Below, piece by piece: positions 48,387 to 59,600 of a DNA stretch of 64,000 nucleotides. The DNA comes from Amoebophrya sp. A120 (Eukaryota; Protista; Dinoflagellata), in NCBI GenBank assembly GCA_905178155.1, contig CAJINV010000006.1:1675876-1739875 (forward strand). The letters run 5' to 3'. The number at the start of each line of letters is the position of its first letter. Position 1 is the first letter of the stretch. The notes under the pieces were generated by a model. It did no database searches and was not told where the DNA came from. It saw only the letters and a list, made by a program, of their open reading frames with translations. The translations under genes were made by a program, and so were the position numbers.

Positions 48387-51300
48387 ATGACAACCGCCAC
48401 GGCGCCTTCCGCTGCCATGTACCCTCCGGGCTATGTGGACCACGGGCAGCAGGACAACCTCCTGCTCTTCGAGTCCCCCCGGGAGGAGCTATTTTTTGCC
48501 GGCACCAGCAGCAGCAGCCCCGACGGGGGAGCAGATCTTCACGACTTCGACCTGATGGCGCAGCTGCGGGACAAGAACCAACAGCACACGACTCGTGTGA
48601 AAATGGCAGGAACAGTTGTTCCACCGGCGAACAAGGAAGAGACAGAACCTAGCAGTGTACAACTAGCAGCTCCGACAGGCCAGATCACCCGGGTAAGGCA
48701 GGAATCCAAAAACATCTTCTCCTCTTCAAGCAGCTCAAGTAGAAGAAATAGCAAAAACAACACCAGCGAAGGGTCGTCCTCTTCTAGTTCATCCTCTTCG
48801 GAACAGGAACCCTTTCAAGAACATCCGGAGCCGAGTGCAACTACTGCGAAGGGCGGGGATCATCATTTTCCGACTGGATTACATGTAATATCCAGAAGGA
48901 CGCGGAGTAAGTACCGGAGTTGCCAGGAGGAGCTGTCGGAACTACAAGTCGACGTTGATATTTCACCGGGGAAAAGTAAAAACAACAAGATTTCAACATC
49001 GAACAAAAATTCCACCTCTACTGCGTCTCTCAGAAGTAGTCGTCATCGAAGCAGGCCCGAAATGAATATCTCATCAATCGGAACTACATCATCTTCAACA
49101 ACAAATGTCGCGCAGCCTTTCGACCTGCCGTTTGTACGAGTCAGAGCGGATGAGAAGGTGATGAGGATTAAGAATGACGACGCAGCAGGACGAGGAGCAA
49201 TAAATCAAGAACAACAATCTGCAGCTTCTGGATTCCTCCTCTCAACATCGAGTAGTTCTTCGGGTGCAAACAGCACCAGCTCGAGCACTAGGACCGCGAA
49301 TGGTGGAGGGGAAGCTACAGCCACGACTTCTGGTGCACCTACAGAAGCAATAAGAAGAACATCATCTGCCACTAGTTCCACTTTTTTCGCGCCCACAGCC
49401 CGCGGAGGAGGAGATAGTACTTCCCATCAAGCTTCTGCAGGGCGGAAAATTGAAATAAATCCGCAGGAAGCCCCCGGAGGTGGTGGTGCTCCCGGAGGCA
49501 ACTACACCAATTCATCCTCCACTTCGCCAGAAAGTCGCATTAATCCGGACGCTGCGCCGCGTGGATTTGTAAAGATGAATCCAGCAGCAGGAACTGCAGC
49601 AGCACAGTCACGACAGAAGGAGCCGAACATCAACATCAACAACTTGGTCGTGATTTCTCAACATCCACAAGAACCACACGACTATGGAAAGAAAAAAGTT
49701 TGTCACAGTCACTAACTTGCAGGTTTTGCATTACAAATTTTTTTAGCATCACAAGTTTTCCTTGTATTGCAGAAACACTAGGGAAATCCCCTATGAAGCT
49801 TGGCTGTCATGCATTTTTACGCATGACAGCCAGTTTTGTATTGCAAAAATGCGCATGAGTGATCGTGACGAACTTTTTTTGTTTGATAACGACCCTCCGG
49901 CGTCCAGTAGCACCAAGTCGTCCCCTATCAAATGCAAAAATGTCTGGGTCTGGAAGGTTGGAACTTGTGATGCAAAGCCTGGAACACACAAAAACTTGTG
50001 TTGCATGAGCGCCAAAAGCTGTCCATTTCTTGGCACGCAAGTAGGAAGTTTCTCATGCGGGACAGGCATCACGAGGCGTGCTCAAAAACTGTGATGCTTT
50101 TGCCTGCTTCAGACGCCATTTGCGTGATCCGAAATATGCATGACAAATCTCGCAATCTTCTTCCAGACCCAGACACTTTTACATTTGATATCCCCTCTCT
50201 CCCAGTACGGGCCTGGTTTCCTCAACAACACGTCCTCGACAAACAACCCGCTATCTCAGAATATGTCGATTGTGAACTCTCCGGTGAATTATAACCACAA
50301 CAACAAATCGGTTTGGTCCTCTCCCAGTTCGAGTAAGAACGAGTCTGTGCGAACCCCTCTCCTCGACGATCTCCACGTAGGGGCGGGAGATTCAACTTCT
50401 AGAGCAGACTGGAGTAGTCTGTTCAACCAACTGCCCGACACGCCGACCTTCCCGTCCCGGCAAATTTCCCGGCAGACACCGTCAGTAGCAAGAAGTCGGC
50501 AAATGACAAAATCGCTGTCGTTTCCGGAGCACCAGAATAGTACCTCCTCCGAAGATCATCATTATCATCATCCCGCCCAAGCCGCGGCGAACTCGATCCT
50601 GACTCACTTTAGCTCTACTGATGCAGGTACTATTTTGGACCACGACCAGCACCAACCCCAGACCAGCTGCTCCTTCAGTTCCAGTGCCAACAGTACCTGG
50701 CGCAGTCACACCCATCTGCACCGCGAACACAAAACGTTGAGCTTCCCCTCGCAGCTTTTTGAGTCACTGAAGAAATTGGAATTCGAACAGCAGAACAGTG
50801 ACAGGAATCATGTTGATCAGAGGGCCCCGTCGGTGGAACAGCAGCAACAGCACACGGTAAACATGAACACCACGTCTCCGGGCTCGGTCGCCACGCAGCA
50901 CAATAATATCAGCTACACAGGGCAACAAATCACGACGACCGTAGGAACTACTTCTCACTTGGAGAAGCAGCACATGCTCCGTGCGGGGATACTCGCGCCC
51001 AGGCTCGTATGGGAGTGTCAGGATTGAAATCGACGAAATTGAAATGAGTTGTCATGCGTAAAATGGATGCCAGTTGGAACACAGGTTCCAAGTGGCGCAT
51101 GACAAATTTTGGTGGTGCCTAAATCCAGTTTGTCATGCTGTTTGGGTAAGGAGGACGCCTTTTGTGTTTGTGATGCTACTTTAGCAGCTCTGTTTCTACC
51201 CCTCAACAGGCTCGCAATCTGCCTCCCTTGCCTACTCTGCAAGATAGGCACTTTGTGGGTTGCACTTTATGCATCACAAACTATTTCAACTCTGACGATT

Positions 51301-52047
51301 TCAGTCCTGACGCTTCCATAGCTCGGGGCAGCAAACAGTGGCAGCAGTCAGAACTTTCTGATGCAGTTTCGCAAGATGCAAAATCGACTCGAAAGGGAGA
51401 AAGCGGCGGAAATACAGGGAGATAAAAACTTTTCCCAGCAGAACGCAAGTAAAAACAGCAGCTTTGGACGAGGCGGAGGTAATCATTTGGTCAACGCGAA
51501 CAACAATAACAGTGATGAGGAAAACTATGACATCAACGACGAGGAAGAGATGCAGGATGCAAACCTGAAAAGACGGAAACAGGTGAAGAAAACAACTACT
51601 ACTTCTCATTATGGCGCTCCTGGACGAGGAGGACCCGTTGCCCCGGCGATAGAAGTACAACTTATCAAACGCAAATATGTCTGGGCCTGGAAGCTTGTGA
51701 TGCCAAAATGTGCATGATGGAAACACTTCCGAGTGCAGCCCAGCATGACAACTTTCCGGAGCGCTTTCTCATAGGCAGTCCGCATGAGAAACTACGTTTT
51801 TGCATGACAAAAATGGCTGCGGCTTTTGTCGGTGGGTTATGCAATACAGATTTCCCAGGAATGTAAAGCTAGCATTACAAGTTTGATTTTCCAGACCCAG
51901 ACATTTTTGCAATCCATACAACTACAGCAGGAACAACAGCATCAAGCTGATCAGGAGCTGAGGAATCTGTTTAACTTACAGGACGAAAGTCAACTCGTCG
52001 CAGGCGGAGGGGAGGAGATGCCTTTTGTGGGGAGAAAAAGAAGGTAG
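48387..52047 (+). CDS. Ser/Gln/Asn-rich low-complexity hypothetical protein, 5 exons
   Basis: ORFs are separated by four introners with perfect 5-bp DRs. Ends GRKRR*. Confidence 0.6.
49683..49888. mobile_element. Introner family N
   Basis: aaaaaagtttgtcacagtcac TIR core, DR acgac. Confidence 0.85.
49926..50190. mobile_element. Introner family B
   Basis: DR tcccc. Confidence 0.9.
51008..51320. mobile_element. Introner family I
   Basis: DR gctcg. Confidence 0.9.
51663..51918. mobile_element. Introner family B
   Basis: DR caact. Confidence 0.9.
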
Positions 52048-53679
52048 AAGCTGCACCAGCTCGCGTTGGACGTTTTAATATCTACTGTGGCAATTATTTT
52101 TCAACATCTGAGGACTTCTAAAAACTGGTGTGAGTACTTCTAGCCGTGAAAAGATAGAGTTTTATTTCAAAACAAGAATGCGAGCTTGAAGAACTTTACG
52201 TTCTCGTGCGTCGATCGCGTTAATTCATCATGCAAAAAAAAACATGTCAGCACTTACTAGCTTGTCCTCGAGATGAGAAGACCACAAGAAACTACTGTAC
52301 ACATCGATTTTTCGAACACGATACGCATAAAAGCTGTATCGCCACTGGCGACAGCACACGATATTACTAGAGATAACTTTGTCGAAGATCCTCGTGTAGT
52401 TCCGTGGTAGTTGTCCACAAGTGACTAGGTAATTTTTCAATTGTCGTGCCACACACATAGAGATGGAGACTCAACATAAGAAACTGCGTGCTGCTCCACT
52501 ATCTGTACTTTCGAGGTGGTGGAAGAATCAATTCAGATTATAGGCTGCTTCATCTTCGATAACCATCGTTCACTTTTTCTGGGGAATTACTTATTCAGAA
52601 CAAGCTAGTACTAGTATAGCCGGATGAGTGTTTCTAGTACAACAGCTAAACCTCTTCTTGTCCTACCTACCGCTCTTAGAGCCATAGAAATTCATAGCAT
52701 TTATTGTGTGTGGACCTGATCTAGTACAACATCAACTCATTGTGTCGTGTTTTATTCGAAGTTAACAAATACGAAGAAAATTATACCGCCCACTTTGTCC
52801 CTTCGCGTTCCGCGAGGCAAGGGCTACTATTGCGAAGGTCTTCTCGCTTGTTCGATTGCAGCGAGTTGCTCTTGGTATAAGTAGAAGAATTAGTGTTCCG
52901 CTTCATGCTGACGCCGGTGCCTTATGTTGATAAAGGCCAACAACAACTAGAAACACATCATCGATTCGGCGCTTCCTCCTCAGGTTGTTCGAAGCCAGTC
53001 GGTTGGTGCAAAGAATTCGGTGTCTTTTTTCGGTACCTACTTAGGAAGACGACTCGAACAGCAAGGGTTGCGCGCAGCTCTACGGCCGTTGCACTCCTGC
53101 GCACTTGTTTTACTTTTATTTGGTGGGGTGGGTATGAAGTAAAATTAGGTTGCCTGTGAACAAGAAAGGAAGAAACCAAACGATTTCGCAGTACTTGGTA
53201 AGTTGCAGCTCTGTAGCATCGTGGCTCAAATGTTGAATTCGATATCAGTTCAACGCTTCTGTCGTTTAAATGCAAACTTCGTCCCCAGGCTCCCATCGAT
53301 TGATCATACCTATTTTTGCTATTCACTGTTGATCTGACCCATAGTCTAGTACCTCTAGATGGCAGTTTTATTTGACTTTGATCGCTAGGAAACGAAACCT
53401 TTTAAGGGCTAACGTTTTGTGCAGCATAGAGTTTCAGTAAGGAAAAGACCTAAAAAGCAGTACAGCTAGTACTTCGCTTGTGTAGCGACATAACAGAAGT
53501 AAAAAAGAAACGCACAACTTTCTAAAGAAATCTTTTTTTTGCTTGATGTCCATTGATTATGTTATGGCGCCACACATCAACGCCTGGAGTTCATCTTCGC
53601 TTTCTCTCTATAATTGTGTTGACGACCACTCTTCGTGGCCGCGCTGGTGTAGCACTGTCAGCAAACCAAAGACCAAATC

Positions 53680-56600
53680 ATGTCCAACATGCGTCCTCGT
53701 CGAGCAAGAACCACTAGTAGAGTTCTTGTTTTTGGTTCTCGTCCCGAGATCAATATAACCAGGTCGCCGCGGTGGGTCCTCTTAGCAGGCCGCTTCCACG
53801 CTGCAGCAGCCCTGCTGTTCTGGTCGACAATTTCGTTTACCACAACGCCGTCTCGTCCTTTGTGCTCTTCCAGAACCACTTATGTGGGTCCGAAACCAAG
53901 ATGCTACAATCGTTAGAATAGGAAAAAAAATTTTCGATCTCGCGGCCCAACCTTCGCAGACAACACTCGGCCGGCGACGGAGCCGCGTTTCGGGAAGAGT
54001 CTGCACTTGCACCGTGGGCCTGCGCTGACATATCGACACGATGTAGCTCCCACGGAATCGCGTGCGCGTTTTTCGCAGGCCCTTCTGCTTCGCTCTCGGA
54101 TGTGGGCATCTCGTTTAGTAGTATGGGGAGAGAAATTGTGGGTGGGATTTTTCCTATGGCCGCGGGCTCGCCAAAAACGCATGACAAAATCAGGCGTGTC
54201 GTTTTCGAAAAATTCTAACGATTCTAACGATTCTAACGATTCTAAAAATAAAAAAATCACACCGGGCCGCACACGGGGGCGGCTTTTTTTTGAAATTCGG
54301 CGCAAACAGGTTCTAACGGTTCTAGTGATTCTAAATTAGAATCGTTAGAATCGTTAGAACCTGCTATAAGCGAAATCGCATTGAAAATTCCCACCTGGCC
54401 AACGCGGCCGCTTTCCGGTCGGCTTTTTTGTGAATTCTAACGATTCTAATGGTTCTAACGATTCTAATTCCGCCCTGCGACTTTTTTTTTTCCTGTTCTA
54501 ACGATTCTAATTCTGCCGTGGCTCACTCTGGCGCGCGCAAAAGTTGCCTCGAGTCTGTTTCTTTCCGTTTCGTTTTCTGTAGCGTTCGATCTCGCTTTGT
54601 CGATTTCGTGATGTGATTTGGGCAATCGATTACATAGCGGGAAGCGGCGGCCGGTATGGGGAATGCCTTCGCGCTCCGACTTTTCTCTGCGTGCAGGACT
54701 CCCCGGCGGGCGACAGCCTGCGCTAGCGCTGCAAAGCCAGCCAAGGTTTCTGCCATGGCGCCGCGACCCTGCGGCGCCATATCCGGACGCCCGGCCGGTT
54801 CGGCGCGAACCCTTCGGGACGGGGACGAACCTCCGTCGCGGATTTCCCATTTTGCTGCCGAGCCTGGGCTGCCCTCTGGGTGAGATATTGGGAAGCCCTC
54901 CGCACCTGAACATCTTTTTTTTTAATTCCTATTCTAACGATTTCAGCATCTTAGTAAACGGCCCCACTTGACACCACAACGCCGTCTCGTCCTTTGTGCT
55001 CTTCCAGAACCACATTTTTGACGCCACCGGAACAGCGCCCTCCACCTGACCGCGCCGTAGTACTAGTCGCCGCCTTCCCCAGCTACCGCAGGCGACTGCC
55101 GTTACGCCCCGTGTCCGAAGCAACCGGCGGTTTAAACAACGCCTCCACGGTTTCTATCGAGGCCCAGCTATCAGAACTCCACGGGACGAGTGGGTCGTCA
55201 ACAACATCCACCGGGTCAACAGCAACATCTTCCCCATACTACCGCTGGTGTCCCACGTTGGGGCATGTGACCTGCAACGGCTACCCCTTGGAAAGCTTAC
55301 AGGACTTGCAGGGGGTGCAGCAGCTCCTCGGCCGTCGAGGGGACCACGCGGCGCTGTCAGCCGATAGTACAAACACCGTGTCACAGTCAGGTGGAGCAGC
55401 CTCGTCGACAAATAAAATTCCGCACCAGTTTCACCTGAATGTCTTCGGCCACGATTTTCTGACCGTTGGAAAACTCCGCTGGACCAAAGCGCTTTGCGAC
55501 CTGGACTCCGACGGCGACGGATTTTCCAATGGGTTTGAACTGGGTGACCCCTGTTGTCAGGGACAGGTCCAGGTCGGGGAAAGCGTGCCGCTTTCGCATC
55601 CCGGTATCGGGAGTGATCGCCCAAGTTTGGTGTTGCAAACAGCGGTTGCGGAGGTGCAGTGTGGAGTTTTTCCAGCAGGGACGACTGGTGGAAATGGTAA
55701 TCAAACCGAAAATGGCGTCGCCGCAACAAGAAATAACATCACAACCCAAACGGCAACAATTTTGTTCCAATCCACGAAAGAGTCGCTGGATGACGTAATC
55801 TTGAAGCATGGCGCTGTTCTTCCAAGTGTACTAGCGGGCACCACGGCTGAAGATGATGTTAGTATCACTGCGGTATCCTGTGCAAAAGTATCGCACTCGT
55901 ATTGCAATCATGCATTACAAATCCTTTTGTTAAGGTAAATCCGCATTATCTCATACTGAGGAAATTTGTAGTGCATTAGCATTTACTTATACGAGTGCGA
56001 TGCTTATGCAGTTCATATGCGGCAAGAGACAGGATCCGGACGATGTATCTCAATTACGGAGTGAATTTATATTTACCCGTGGCGATGGCAATAGCTCCTG
56101 CAGAAATAAATGATACGTGGAACAACGCGACGGCCGTTGAAGATGCGGACGAGGACGCAAGTAGAAGTGGTAATACACCCGCTGGTAAAAACAATATCTT
56201 CAAGCTCGTCGGTGCAGACACTGCATTCCAGACTCTGGTCCTGAAGCTGACGAACCAGGCTTTGACCATACCAGCTGGTGGGGCGGGCGGGTCTGCTTCA
56301 TCTCCTGCAAGAACTTTTGGCCTGGTTACGTTGAAGAACGGAACAAATTCCTCAAACGAGATTTTTTCCACTGGCGGAGAGCAGGACACACGCCTTATCA
56401 AGATCCTGCCGAAAGACTACCAGTTTGACTGGAATTTCGTGCTGTATCACACCGAGTTTCTCCAGTATCTGGAAAAGTTACAGCAGCAGGAGCAAGCAGA
56501 AGCACGGGCGGAAGCGGATTCAAATAATAGTGATCAAAATAATTCCACCACACTGACGACGAGAAGCATGGTTACCGGCTTCAACATTGAATTTCAAAAC

Positions 56601-59600
56601 CCGGAGAATTTGCACCACCTGGACATTTATGCAGTGCAAAAGAAGTATCGTACTCTGGTATAAATGCATATACAAATTTCCTCAGCATGAGAAATCGAAT
56701 TTGTAATGCTGATCTACCTCAAGAAAAAGATTTGTGATGCATGAATGCAATACGAGTGCGATACTTTTGCCCAGGATCACACTTTCTGCAACTCCTACCG
56801 CCTCCCCCAACCGGAGGTTGAGTATGCGAAGAAAAAAGTGTTTAGTAAAGTCACACATCACATGGAGGTCTATGCAGAACAAGCAAGACATAGACAGATA
56901 AAAGGTCTGTCATGCCTGGTATGCTTAGCAGCTTAGTTTCTAACGTGTTGTGGTTTTCCTTAAATATGAGCTGTTCATAGCAGGTGCAGGTTTACCGTCG
57001 GTCATGCAGTAGAACAAGTTTGTATTGCTGATTGCCCAAAAACGAAGGTGTATACTGTATGTAACACTTTTTTCCTTGCATAATGAGCTAGTTTGGAACA
57101 CTAGCGATCAGACGCTGCAGTTTGTCACCGCGGGCATATCACATGCAAATATGTCTGGGTCTGGAAAAGTGTGATGCTGTTTGTGCATGACACATAAGGT
57201 CGAGCATGCAAGTCCTAGCAACACAGGTTTTGAGCAGGTTAGGCGATGCCTAATCCGCATGACAAGTGCCCTCTTTTGGTGGCAAGAAATGAGCAACTTT
57301 TGCGGTCCATGCACGACAGATTTTTTTCTGGTCTCAAATACGCATCAGAAGTTTACATGTTTCCAGACCCAGACATATTTGCAATCCATAGGGCATGATT
57401 TTCAATGAAGAAAAGAGTAGTGCTGATAAAAGCGGTAACACAAACAGTACAATAACCAGTAATTCTGGTGCGACGTCGGTATTAAAAGGAATTCCTGCCA
57501 CTCCTCCCGTCCTGCTTTACTCTGAGCGCCCGCAAGCACTACCAAGCGCAGCTCCCGTCCTGGAATTTCACGACGCCTATCGGTTTAACTGGACGAAAAC
57601 CGTGGCTAGCTTCACCCCGGGCGGTATCAAAAGGAAAAATGCCGCCTCCCCATATCGAAAACGAGATTTCTGATGCTGCATTTGAGTACACAAATCGACT
57701 TGTATTGCTAGAAGCCCAAGAGACGCAGTTGTGGCCTGACTTGCAGGCAGTTTGTCATGCTGCTTCCCAATTCCAGTTGCCTCCTGTCATGCTGAAGATG
57801 CAAGGCTTTCCCACCACGCCAGCCAGCACTACAGTGTCTACATCTTTTGCCTTCTAGCATGACAAAGCTGATTTGTGGCCACAAACCTGCATCACAGATT
57901 TCCGTTTTGATATGGGGAGGCTTGATTTTTCCTTTTGATAGGCGGTCCGGGAATGGTGTACCGGAAAAACGCAGCGGCCGTGCACTTGGACCTAGTATGC
58001 ATTGCAGAAGTATCGTACTAGTAGTAATTTTTGCATTACAAATTACCTCAGCATTACAAATTGAATTTGTAATGCTGATTTCCCTTGAGAAAAAGATTTG
58101 TAATGCATAAATGCAATTTTTCTACGAGTACGATACTTTTGCACAGGATACCTAGAAACCAGCTGCAAGAGCCTCTTTGTGAACCTGCATTACGTTCGGA
58201 GAAGCAGTGGCGCTGCTGCATTTAGTGCAACAACTCTCCAAGGCGGCACGATGACGTCGACACCACCACCAAGCAGCAACAGCATGACAAATCATTCCAC
58301 GACTCCTGCTTCCGGAATGATTGCCGGAAGCGGCCCTAGCAGTTCATATTCACAGGAGCTGCATTGGCTACAACAACTGAAACCTGGGGACGGGTTTCGC
58401 ATGACTATAGAAACGACCACGACGAGAAGAGCTTCAGTTGATGATGTTGCACCTCTAGTACCAGCGCCTTTGAATCAAACTACGGCCACACCAGCTGCAC
58501 AGGGTTCATCTACAATTTCGCCAGAACAGCAACAGAGGTCTGAAGAAGATATCGGGATGTTTTCGCCTCTTCTCTTAAAAAATGACCCGCGGGCCACCCT
58601 CAAGAAGGTGAATCCGCGAGGTGGAGCAGGGGACGAACAGAACAATGACCAAAGGCGGCGAAAGAATCGTGGCTATTTCTTGAGTAAAACCTGCAAAATC
58701 CAGCTGACTTGCGGAGGGGGGCACAGTGGCGGTGTAGTTTCTAGCGGGAACAATGCCACAGCGATATCCTAAGTAAAAACGTCCCAACACCAGAGTCAAG
58801 ATGAGAAATCCGCTAGACAAATCAGCCACCTCTGGTTGTTTCGCATGACAAGTTTATCCTCGTAGTGTAATCCTGTTTAGCTAGTTACGAAGCATCAACA
58901 CAGATGTAGCACATGAGGCGGATTCTAGCATCACAACTTCCGAAACAGGATTAGAAAATGGCTCACATGGGGCTCCGCATGAGAAACTTTTTTGGCATGC
59001 AGATTTGCAGGACAACTCTGGGGTGGGGACATTTTTACTCAGGATAAGCGAACTCGTGTCCATTCAAGCTCCAGTGGGTGAACTACCACGGGCACTTATC
59101 GTACGCAAAAAGTGTTCTTTCACTGCAGCGATTTTGCATCACAAGTCCGGTCTAGATGACACAGGAAATTTGCGACGCGAGGTTCCTATAGGGAACACAC
59201 GGCTAAAGATGCACTTTCCTGCATGTCGTGTAGCAAGACAGGCAGTTCTAAGATGCCTTCTCATCTGCATATAAAGGTTTACAGTGAAAGAACAGTTTTT
59301 TCTTGCGATAACACTACACGAGTTCCGAAATGTATGCCCGCCGAATAAGACCGATGGAGCCAGCTGCTGCTCCAAGAACTACTACAACCGTAGGTACAGC
59401 TAGAAGTAATGCTAATGCCGGTACAAGAACGTCGACGAGCAGTCAAAGTCAAACTCAAATAACGCAAGAATCCTTCACCTACACGGATCTGCTCTCCATG
59501 CCCTGGTTCAATTTCAACGACCAAGCATACTTTATGGCATTCTCAACTGTTACATTCTAAACTGTTACACGGATTTGTCATGCAGAGTTGCCATCAGCCT

